From positions 21,328,001 through 21,392,000 of the forward strand of contig OX597838.1 of NCBI GenBank assembly GCA_951406725.2: 64,000 nucleotides of DNA. The letters run 5' to 3'. The stretch is from Octopus vulgaris (taxonomy: Eukaryota). A program made the translations under genes and the position numbers. The notes beneath the pieces were generated by a model. The model was not told the origin of the DNA. It made no database searches and saw nothing but the letters and a program-made list of their open reading frames with translations. Within the stretch, counting starts at the first letter, position 1, and each line of letters opens with the position of its first letter. Shown here one piece after another: positions 1 to 11,900 of the stretch.

Positions 1-30
1 TCCTTGTGGGTAGTAAAAAAATAGGTCTAT

Positions 31-540
31 TCAAAGTGCAGAAAAATATTCTACCCAGCGCTTATGAATAGAAGCTGTGTCAGTCAGAAGCAAATGTCCA
101 TTTGCTGTTCTCACTGGAGCTGTTGCAGAAGATTTGGGGCCATATACCTCCTTAACATGAGGGTACAAACCCTTGACGTCATTTCTATTGGCTGCTTCTT
201 GTGCCCCTTTTGCTCTATCATTCCACCATACATACATACATACATACATACATACATTATGGCTGCCCCCACGTTATCGAGTATGGCCATTGCCCGAAGC
301 TTAACTGTTACTGGTGCTGTGATCAAATGTGACTTTTTAGCCCAGCCAAAGATCTACAATGTCTTGTACAGAATTGGCAACTAAAACCTTTACCAGTAAT
401 AGCCAGCTGTAGTTGTAACTGGGCTTCATGTACCTTTGCATGTCGTTTAAGTCCTCCTGTCGAATTACACTCTCTTCCACATGCCTGGCAGATATGATTA
501 GTATGGTGTGTTACACCACCACCAGTGGCCATACAGTGGT
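31..540 (-). mobile_element. Degenerate non-LTR retrotransposon (RTE-like) fragments
   Basis: VKEVYGP...APVRTANG...LTD..SIHKRWVEYF linker and C2H2-like CQACGREC...LKRH peptides typical of RTE ORF2. Confidence 0.5.
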
Positions 541-887
541 ACCAGTGGTACATACATGCATGTATGCATACTCCAATCTATTAGTGGCACAGTGAAGATC
601 TAAAAGACATTCTAAAAACTCGCCGTCCGAGATTCTTAGGCGAATAGATGTACATACACTTCGGTGTATGTATCGACAATTCCACAAACATACACATATT
701 TACGAACACCAGGAACTCTCTTAACTCAAAAAGTCTTGAACTTTTGAAAGAAAAACTGAAATAAAACTGAAAGAAAAATCGCACACACCACACACACATG
801 CGCATCTGTTAGGCTGTCTGTCTGTATGTATATATGGATGTGTGTATGTATGTTTGTATGTAAGTATGTATGCATATATATATATAT

Positions 888-1522
888 ATAAAGGGAAAGT
901 TTGCGAAAATAAACAAAAGACGAAGGCAGGTGGTGTACAAACAAACAGATGTATTAGTATAGCGCTCAAGAATAGAAAGTCTTTTACGTTTCGAGGCTAC
1001 GCTCTTCTACAGAAAGGGACACAGAAAAAAAACAAGGAGAGAAAAAATGTGTGTAGTAGCTAACGATCTATCATATATATATGTATGTATGCATGCATGT
1101 ATGTACGTTTGTATGTATTTGTATGTATGCATGTATGTCTCAACAAACTTAGAAGCGTCGAATAAGTTGGTATTTTTACAGAAAATAAAGTAAATTTCAA
1201 ACGTGAGATATCTGAGAAAACAGACTAGAAAATTGAGTAAATATCCCTAGAAGACGGGAAAAAAAGAAACCAACCTTGTACCTCTCAGATTCCGGCTGAG
1301 ATCTTTCTCTCTCTCTCTGCATATATATATATATATAGGGAGAGTTTACGAAAAATACAAAAGACAAAGACATGTGGTGTACAAAACAAACAGATGTATT
1401 AGTATAACGCTCAGGAATAGAAAAAGTCTTTTACATTTTGAGCCTACGCTCTTCTACAGAAAGGGACACAGAAAAAACAAGGAGAGAAAAAAATGTGTGT
1501 AGTGGCTAATGATCTATCACAC
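888..1522 (-). repeat. Two direct copies (~888-1075, ~1336-1522) of a ~185-bp element carrying a minimal hammerhead-like motif; Penelope pLTR-like
   Basis: Near-identical copies flanked by (TA)n; the - strand reads cttt-CTGTAGA-a-GAGcgtagcCTC-GAAA-cgta-aaag. Confidence 0.55.
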
Positions 1523-1603
1523 ATATATATATATATAACCATCTATATGTATGTATATATAACGATCTATCATATGTATGTATATATAACGATCTATCAT
1601 ATG

Positions 1604-1642
<39 letters not shown>

Positions 1643-2706
1643 TGAGAGAGAGATTTTATATTTTTATTAATGCAGTGCTACATATGTTTCGGCAAGACAC
1701 TTTTGGGGACCACTTCACCATATCCATAATATATTATTAAATATTATTTATAATATCAGTGAAGCATATGGAAGCCCATTAATTGGACATGCATACTTCT
1801 TCGTTAGTTTATGTCGGGGCTTTCCTTGTTGTTCAGACTTCAGGATATTAATCATTCTAGACCAATCAGAAGGCTCTATTGGATTAATGAGGGGTGCTTC
1901 GGAATAAAAAGAGAAGATATATATTGTATTAAGAGTGAGACCTTTAGTTGGCATGGGAATTTGCTTCTATCATTGTCAGTTTCTGGTTAATGAATTAGCA
2001 TAATATGATATGTTTTATTCAATGGTATTTTACTTAGCTCACGCTGTGCTGCCAATCCCGTCTTCTTAATACGTTCTATCTTTTCTCCTTTCTGTTTCAT
2101 TCTCTTTCTTGTACTCTATTCTTCCTGTCTGTGCACTCTTCGCTTCAACTCACAATTATATTTCCTCCCTCTTCATTTCTCTTTCTTTTTTCTCTTCCTC
2201 GTCTTCAATACCCACCTGCATTGACTTATGAACAACGAACAAAACTATCCCTCTATCTAGTACAGGGATTCACAACCCTTTTATTTAAATGCGTTTTCCC
2301 ATGGTCCCCTTTTAATATGTCTATCCATATAGGTACCTTGAGCAAATGTCTTCTACTATAGTCTCGGACAGACCAAAGCCTTGTGAGTAGACTTGGTAGA
2401 TGGAAACTGAAAGAAGCCCATGTATGTGTGTATATGTTTTTGTGTCTATGTTTGTCCCCACAACATCGCTTGACAACCGGTGGTGGTGTGTTTACTCCCC
2501 TTAACTTAGCAGTTCGGCAAAAGAGACCAATAGAATAAATACTAGGCATATAAAGAATAAGTCCTGGGGTCTACTTGCTTGACTAAAGGCGGTGCTCCAG
2601 CATGGCCGCAGTCAAATGATCCTAATGAACTAGTCCTCACCCCCAAAATTTCAGGCCTTGTGCCTTTAGTGGAAAGGATCATTATTATTATTATTATTAT
2701 TATTAT

Positions 2707-3260
2707 TGAGAGAGCAGTTCATGCCATCAAAGTGACACTGGGGTAAAATATACGAAGCCCAGTATACCCATCATGACTACCAGTATGATGAGGGTACACC
2801 AGGCACATGCATCACAACCATATGTGCGCGACATGGTGATTTCATATCAAGATAAACAGCACATGACCTTGCAGGTGGGGCCCAGTTAGAATTTTCTTCA
2901 GGTTGAGTAGCCCATCCTGCTCAAAAGGTCCCTGAATAAGGGTTGTTTAAGGATGTAGAAAGAACCACCCATATTTCCAGAGGTGAACTATTCAAACCCC
3001 AAAGAATCCCTCTCAACACACGGCTATGATGCTCCCCCACTACTTCTGCTCGTGATCAGAGATGCACATATCGTCAGCCACTAAGGGACATTCTCAACTG
3101 GTTAAGGTCAAACAACTGACAAGCAAATCTGTGGTATTGAGCAGAATGTTTGCTGTAGCCCATCTTTTATACCAAGACAAAACAATGTACATGATAACAC
3201 TTCCAATCAGTTAAGATCAGAAGCAATGAGAGCCACTGCCTGGTACTGCATCAGGGCATT
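2707..3260 (+). repeat. Unclassified ~550-bp interspersed repeat with (ATT)n flank; further copies 4727-5276 (+) and ~62868-63400 (-)
   Basis: Three clearly alignable copies in the window. Confidence 0.8.
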
Positions 3261-3457
3261 TATTATTATTATTATTAGTTTTTTTTTTTTTTTTAAAAAC
3301 ACCATTGTTATCTAGTGAACGATATTTCGACATCTTGTCTGTCTTCAACTGGTTCAAAGAGAAATTTTGTCAATCTACTTCATTTTGGTTAATATAGAAA
3401 GGATTGAGGTATTATTATTATTATTATTATTATCATTATTGCTATTATTATTTGCAG

Positions 3458-3511
3458 AGAGGAGAAACCAACCAAGTATTTGCTCTAGAGGATGTAGATA
3501 AAGAGACAAAT
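3458..3511 (+). CDS. SLC34A: SLC34 putative N-terminal exon ([18 protein letters not shown])
   Basis: tttgcag acceptor, gtaagt donor, 54 nt, phase 0/0, no stop. Confidence 0.55.
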
Positions 3512-3596
3512 GTAAGTACTAACCATATTTCACTTTTCGTATACACATACATGCACACACACATATATATATATATACACATATATATATATATAT

Positions 3597-3627
<31 letters not shown>

Positions 3628-4049
3628 GGCGTAGGAGTGTCTGTGTGGTAAGTAGCTTGCTTACGAACCACTGCTTCCGGGTTCAGTCCCACTGCGTGGC
3701 ACCTTGGGCAAGTGTCTTCTGCTATAGCCTCGGGCCGACCAAAGCCTTGTGAGTGGATTTGGTAGATGGAAACTTAAAAAGAAGCCCGTCGTATATGTGT
3801 ATATATATATATATATGTGTATGTGTGTGTGTGTATGTCTGTGTTTGTCCCCCAACATCGCTTGACAACTGATGCTGGTGTATTTACGTCCCCGTAACTT
3901 AGTAGTTCGGCAAAAAGAGACCAATAGAATAAGTACTAGGCTTACAAAGAATAAGTCCTGGGATCGATTTGCTCGACTAAAGGCGGTGCACCAGCATGGC
4001 CACAGTCAAATGACTGAAACAAGTAAAAGAGTGAAAAGAATTTATACAT

Positions 4050-4126
<77 letters not shown>

Positions 4127-4520
4127 TAAAAGGAATTCCAACCTTGTCTGATTTTCACGTTTTATTTACAATCTTATAATGATATATTATAAGATAATAT
4201 ATTATAATTGAATAAAATAAAATGAAATAGTAGAATGTTAAATGTTCATTCTGATTGAACTAGTACTTTCATGCATTGAATTCTGCAATCTTCGGGTTCA
4301 TGTAGTAGTGGTGACAGTCATGCTTCACAATTTTTGACTGTAGCAAGATGATTGATTCTGTGCTATAAATACAGCTGGGTAGGCTCCAGAGTGCTGGGTT
4401 TTGCAAACTGTATTCTGACCAATCAGTGTGTAGTATCACTCAATTACTTAAGCTGATTGGTTTAGGCATCACGCTTTGTTGGACATGTCAAGAGTCCTGT
4501 ACTATCTATCTATCTATCTA

Positions 4521-4600
<80 letters not shown>

Positions 4601-5916
4601 CATACATACATACCTACATGATTTACATGAATCCCTGAACAATGGGATTCATGTAATCGACTTAACCCTCCCCTAAAATTGCCAAAAATTGAAATTATTA
4701 TCATTGCTGTTGTCGTTGTTGTTATTGAGTGAGAGAGCAGTGCATACCGTCAAAGTGACACTGGGATAAAATATACAAAGCCCATTATACCCATCATGAC
4801 TACCTGTCTGATAAGGGTACACCAGGCACATGCATCATAATTGTATGTGCGCGACAGGGTGATCTCGTATCAAGATAAATAGCGCATGACCTTGCAGATG
4901 GGGCCTAGTTAGAATTTTTTTCAGTTCGAGTGTCTCATCCTGCTCAAAAGGTCCCTGAATAAGGACTGTTTAAGGATGTTGAACGAACCACCCATGTTTC
5001 CAAAGGAGAATTATCCAAACATCCAAGAATTCCTTTCAGCACACGGCTATGATGCTCCTCCACTACTTCTGCTCATGATCAGAGATGCACATATTGTCAG
5101 CGACTAAGGCACATGCTCAACTGGTTAAGCAACTGACAAGCAAATCTGTGGTATTGAGCAGAATATTTTCTGTAGCCCATCTTTTACACCAAGACAAAAC
5201 CATGTACATGGTAACACTTCCAATCAGTTAAAATGAAAAGCCATGAGAGCCACTGCCTGGTACTGCACCAGGGCATTTATTATTATTATTAAATTATTAT
5301 TTTGCTGGATATGATGGAAAGTGTCAGCTGTCCACAGCCAGCAGATTAAGGTGACACTTGTTTTACTAGTTATGCTTCAAAAACACTGCGAAGAATTCTT
5401 GCAATTTCAAGCCATGCTGATTTTTGTAGGTGTTCTACCTTCACACTTGCACCAATCTTTTTCAGCCATGTTGGTAGTTGAGTGCTGATACTTCCAAGTG
5501 CAACAATTACTGGATTATTCTTGTCCACATTGTCATGTCGTCTTTTGTATTCACGTTAATATCCTGCAATATTATTATTTTTTTTTTTTTTTTTCAGGAA
5601 AAAATAGCAAAGAAGTTACGTGAAGTTGAGGAAAATGTAAGTACTAAGCACATTTCAATTTTCATATAAATATACACTCATATATGTATATATATATATA
5701 TATATATACATATTTTTTTTTTACTTGTTTCAGTCATTTGACTGCGACCATGCTGGAGCACTGCCTTTTTTTAGTCGAGCAACTCGACCCTGGGACTTAT
5801 TATTTTTGTAAGCCCAGTACTTATTCTATCGGTCTCTTTTTTGCCGAACCGCTAAGTGACAGGGACGTAAACACATCAGCATCGGTTGTCAAGCAATGCT
5901 AGGGGAACAAACACAG

Positions 5917-5968
<52 letters not shown>

Positions 5969-8900
5969 GACAGGCTTCTTTCAGTTTCCGTCCACTAAAT
6001 CCACTCACAAGGCATTGGTTGGCCCGGGGCTATAGCAGAAGACACTTGCTCAAGATGCCACGCAGTGGGACTGAACCCAGAACCATGTGGTTGGTTAGCA
6101 AGCTACTTACCACACAGCCACTCCTGCGCCTAGTGGTGGAAGTGATTCTGACCACCCCTCAATTGATTAATAGGTGGATTGACTCATTATTATAAAGTAA
6201 AGAACTATGAACGATTGGGAATTCGTGTTGGTAAGCAGTTCACTGTAAGCCATTGAGCCTTTGATACAGCTCGTTGAGTCCTGTGAAATAGTAATAGTAC
6301 TGAGTTGTGTATATAGTTTTCTCCACCACCCCACCTGCTTTGTTATGTTATATATCCAATACAAGGACATAAGAGTAGCAACGAGCTGTTCGATGCTTGC
6401 GTTGGACATTTGAAATTTTTTTTTGATTTTTGGTACGAAACCAAAGGAACAAAATCATTTAACATGGAGAACTTATTGGCCGCTGTGGTGCAGTTGTAGC
6501 AGCAACAACAAAACTAACAGTTGCTGGAATTAATGTGGAAGAAGCCTGAAAATACTTCAGGTCCGTACTTGCCAGACAGCCTTGCAAACTCAGCTGAAGA
6601 ATTCAACTATAATCCAGAAGAAGGGATTACCTTCTCTGCATATTTTCGTAGATACGAAGAAATCTTCAAAGTGCATAAAAGTTGCTCCGACAAGAAAAAA
6701 TTACGACTACTTTTAAGAAAGCTATCCCCTACCGAATACGTAAACTATAGTAATTATATTCTGTCGAAGAAGCCGGGAGAGATTTGTTTCGATGAAACAA
6801 TAATTTATCGAAAATATTCAGTGAAAAAAGTTCCCTGTTCAGTACTCGCTGGCAATGTTTAAATTTGGTCAAAAAAGAGAATGAAGATTTTGTCACCTAC
6901 ACCGAAATGGTTAATAGAGAGTGTGAGAAATTCAGATTGAATGATTTGACTCTCAACATGTTCTAGTCTTTAATGTTTGTTCAAGAGCTTACTGCAAGCA
7001 AAATGCAGATATACGTTCCCGGATATTAGCAAAATTAGAATAGGACCAAAATTTAACTGTACAGGCAGTAGCAGAAGAATGGCAAAGGGTTATTAATCTA
7101 CAGCATGATGCAAATAAAATTTAAGAGAAAGATTGTGTTCAGATTTAGGCATATCAAAAGGTAATGAATAAGAAAATAGACAAAAAAATATCAAAGACCG
7201 AATCCATGCTTTGGGTATGGTGGTCTACATTTTAAAAATGACTGTCCGTTTAAAAATTTAGAATGCTACAAGTGTGGTAAAATAGTGGTGATGGGTGAAA
7301 AACACACCCACAAACAGACGCAAACACACAGATGCTGACAAAAACACACACACAAACACAGATGCAAAAGCACACACACAAACACAGATGCAAAAGCACA
7401 CACACAAACACAGACGCAAAAGCACACACACAAACACAGATGGAAAAGCATACACACACACAGACGTAGACAAAAACACACACGCAAATACAGACGCAAA
7501 CACACACATGCACAGATGCAAATGCAGACACACACACATACAAACACAGATGCAAAAGCACACACACGCACAGACGCAAACACACACACTACGGGCTTCT
7601 TTCAGTTTCCATCTACCAAATCCACTCACAAGGCTTTGGTTGGTCTGAGGTTGTCGTAGAAAAAATACTTGGCCAAAATGCCACACAGTGGGATTGATCT
7701 CGGACCTATATGGTTGAAAAGCATACCTCTTAACACGCAACCACGCCCTTCTCATGTAACCAAATTGTTTCAGATGGTTGCCTTTCGCTTAACTAAACAT
7801 TGGTTGTAGTTATATCATATCTTGTAGATCTATATATTAATACCATGTCACCTTTCTTCCTACTTGTCTTTGTGTCCCCCTCCAGGAATTTAGCTTGCAG
7901 TCTACTAGGTTATTTACACACAACCTCTAAACTCTAACCCTAACCCTATGTCATACCACTAAAGTCTCACCTAGCCTGCGAGACTTTCCCAATGGCACAC
8001 TTGACGGAAAATCAACGGCAGCATTCGTCCTATATTTCTGGACCACCATATTAGCTTGGCGAATCAACGGCAGCATTCATCCTATATTTCTGGACCACCA
8101 TATTAGCTTGGCGAATCAACGGCAGCATTCATCCTATATTTCTGGACCGCCATATTAGCTTGGCGAATCAACGGCAGCATTCGTCCTATATTTCTGGACC
8201 GCCATATTAGCTTAGTGAATCAATGGCAGCATTCGTCCTATATTTCTGGACTGCCATATTAGCTTGGCGAATCAACGGCAGCATTCGTCCTATATTTCTG
8301 GACCGCCATATTAGCTTAGCGAATCAACGGTAGCATTCGTCCTATATTTCTGGACTGCCATATTAGCTTAGCAAATCAACAGCAGCATTCGTCCTATATT
8401 TCTGGACCGCCATATTAGCTTGGCGAATCAACGGCAGCATTCGTCCTATATATCTGGACTGCCATATTAGCTTGGCGAATCAACGGCAGCATTCGTCCTA
8501 TATTTCTGGACCGCCATATTAGCTTGGCGAATCAACGGCAACATTCGTCCTATATTTCTGGACCACCATATTAGCTTGGCGAATCAACGGCAGCATTCGT
8601 CCTATATATCTGGACTACCATATTAGCTTGGCGAATCAACGGCAGCATTCGTCCTATATTTCTGGACCGCCATGTTAGCTTGGTGAATCAACGGCAGCAT
8701 TCGTCCTATGTTTCTGGACTGCCATATTAGCTTGGCGATAACTATTAGTATCTAGTACTGCTGCTGTAGTCTCCTTTAGAGAGACTTAGAAATTTTAATA
8801 TTTCTATAATATTATTAATAATAATATAAAATATTCTGAGACTTAGAAAACTTTGTTTGAATATCTATCCTTTACAATTTCTTACTCATTTTTTTTCTGC

Positions 8901-11900
8901 CATGATATTTAGAGTAAAGAAATAGTCAAACGTGAAGATGAAAAACCAGAGGTAAGTATCAATTATTCACTAAAGTTTTCTTGCTCCTACAGATGTTCTA
9001 CCAGTGTTAGGACTACGTTTGATATCTTAGTAATATTGTCACCATTTTATCATAAATGTAAGATCGGTATTATAAAGGACTTCAAGAGAACGAATGAGGC
9101 GACAGTTGACAGCAATTTTTCAGACAATTGCTACTTCGGTGTTCCGTTTGGATTTTGCTCAAACCACCTAAACCATCTAGTCAAATTAGTTTGTCTAAAA
9201 AACGAAATTTTCAGCTACAATGACCGACACAGTGGTGGGCGTTCAAAGACATATCATGCTGGGGTTTTTGGATATTCAAAAATTCTGTGATTTGAAGGAT
9301 GGATGTAGTGAAACAACTTTAAAACATAAAAAAAAAAAATTCTCAAAACTCTGGAACTCGCTTCATGGTCCTGTAACACTAGCCTACACCTCCTGGCCAG
9401 AAATTCAAAATACACCAGAACTTGGTACGCATAGCTTTTTGCATTGGCTTCTCGTCAAGAAAGAGATATCTCCGTGACAGCTGCTAAAATGGGAAGAGGA
9501 GAAGAAAGCTAATGGGTTGTGTGCACATGCTTGTTCTTGTCTCTGTGTGTGCGTGTTTGTTCTTGTCTGTGTGTGTGTGCGTGTGTGTGAAGATATCTGA
9601 AGTGAATTGTCGAGTTGTCACGGAAACAACCGAGGGTTCGTTTTGGTCTTATTGAGTTAAATCGAAGGAACACCCAGAGTCCAAAACCTGCCGAGATCAG
9701 TTTTGACTTTTATCCTTTCAGAGTCGATAAAATAAAGTAATGGCTAATCAGCGGGGTCGATTTAATCGACTAACCCCACCCTGCTCGAAATGTGGGGACT
9801 TGAGTCCATGTTAGAAATTGTTATTGATTGAGAATGTTCAATAAATGATGGAAATGATTCTACCAAAACACACGTCAGCATACACGTGCGCGCATGCGCA
9901 CAGATACACATACTCGTTGATGTATAGAGATACGCATACACGCAAATACACACGAAAAGACATACACATGCATATGCATACATACGCATGCAAACACATG
10001 CACATTCACACATGGGCACACACACATGCTTTTAAGTGAAATGTCTTTGTAAACATATTCTTGAAATGAATAAAAAACTGTTCTTATTTCAAAGGAAATT
10101 GATCCATGGGCGCTGCCAGAATTCAAAAGTGATGTAAAATTATGGCAAGGTAAATATATAATTTTTTTTCTTGGTATGTGCGGAACGAGGGTGGGGAATA
10201 GATGAAGAGAATGATGTTCTTTCGTATATTTTGTTCCATCACCTCTATCATCACAAATGTCATTTGCCCTTATGGACTTTGAAAGTTTCCATGTAAAAGA
10301 CTTCTTGTCAGATTTCCCACAAGTACAAACTCTTTATATCTTTCATGATATTGGGCTGTCCGGAAAATTTGTGCCGATTTTTAAAGGAAAGAAAAAGGTC
10401 AATAAATACTTGCCATTACATTTTTAATCAACCAAATATCAACCATTTTGTTGCACGATGTGTCTCCATCTTTCCTTGAACTTGAAAATACCCTCTTCCC
10501 AGAATTGAGGTGGTTTCATGGCAAAGAATTCATCAAGGTAACTTTTTACATCATCCAAGGAATCGATATTTTTACCATTAAGACTATTCTGCAGAGACCT
10601 GAATAAGTGGAAATCCGAAGGAACAACATCTGGTAAATATGGAGGGTGGAGGTAACACATCCCAGCCAAGCTGCAGCAATTTTTTGTCTGGCTCCCAACG
10701 CATCAAGTGCCGAAAATGAACTTTCTTATCTTCCATTTTAAAGGGTTACAGAATTAACACAGGTTATAGGAACATAAACCTTCTTCCAAGAAAAGATAGC
10801 TTAAACTGTGCTCTAAATGGAGGTGCAGTCAAATCCTATTCCATTACTCCAACAATGTAATGGGTGCTTTTTACGTGCCATTGGAATGGGTGCCAGTTGT
10901 GTGACACCAGTATCGGCCACAACTAATGTGTATCAATTTCTACCTCACCACTAACCTTGTTGTGCACTCAAATTGGTGCCAATTTAACGTGCCTTCTACC
11001 TGGCCATTTACACTTTAGCATTAGGTCTAACCTTAAATCCGAAACCTACCCATAGATCTCAAATTAAATCCTAAACCTAATCCTCACTTTAGCACTAAAT
11101 CCTAATCCTTAACCCTAACCCCACCCATAGATCTCAACTTTATCTTAAATTCTAACTCTAGCCCTAAATCCTAATCTTTAACCCTAACCTCTAAACCTAC
11201 CCATGATCTCAACTTTATCTTAAATTCTAACTCTAGCCCTAAATCCTAATCTTTAACCCTAACCTCTAAACCTACCCATGATCTCAACTTTATCTTAAAT
11301 TCTAACTCTAGCCCTAAATCCTAATCTTTAACCCTAACCTCTAAACCTACCCATTATCTCAACTTTATCTTAAATTCTAACTCTAGCCCTAAATCCTAAT
11401 CTTTAACCCTAACCTCTAAACCTACCCATGATCTCAACATTATCTTAAATTCTAACTCTAGCCCTAAATCCTTATCTTTAACCCTAACCTCTAAACCTAC
11501 CCATGACCTCAACTTTATCTTAAATTCTAACTCTAGCCCTAAATCCTAATCTTTAACCCTAACCTCTAAACCTACCCATGATCTCAACTTTATCTTAAAT
11601 TCTAACTCTAGCCCTAAATCCTAATCTTTAACCCTAACCTCTAAACCTACCCATGATCTCAACATTATCTTAAATTCTAACTCTAGCCCTAAATCCTAAT
11701 CTTTAACCCTAACCTCTAAACCTACCCATGATCTCAACTTTATCTTAAATTCTACCTCTAGCCCTAATCTTAACCCAGATCAGGTGATTTCACAGCATAG
11801 GCTATAGATACTGCCGTAGACTGCACACTGAAGTAGCGGCCCCCAAACTCATATCAATTTTTCTCTCTTGTCTTTGCAGAAATGACAGGCAAAGAGAAGG

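Noticed and set aside
3627-3700. tRNA genes at SINE heads
   Set aside because: A/B boxes are present but are followed by a constant SINE body in many copies, and no intact cloverleaf is evident.
7250-7755. Cys/Val-rich or His/Thr-rich ORFs here and YI-rich ORFs elsewhere (e.g. 47888-48396)
   Set aside because: Translations of (CA)n/(TG)n/(TA)n microsatellites.
8009-8737. 52-bp repeat array as a CRISPR array
   Set aside because: Units are head-to-tail with no unique spacers, there are no cas genes, and the context is a eukaryotic intron.
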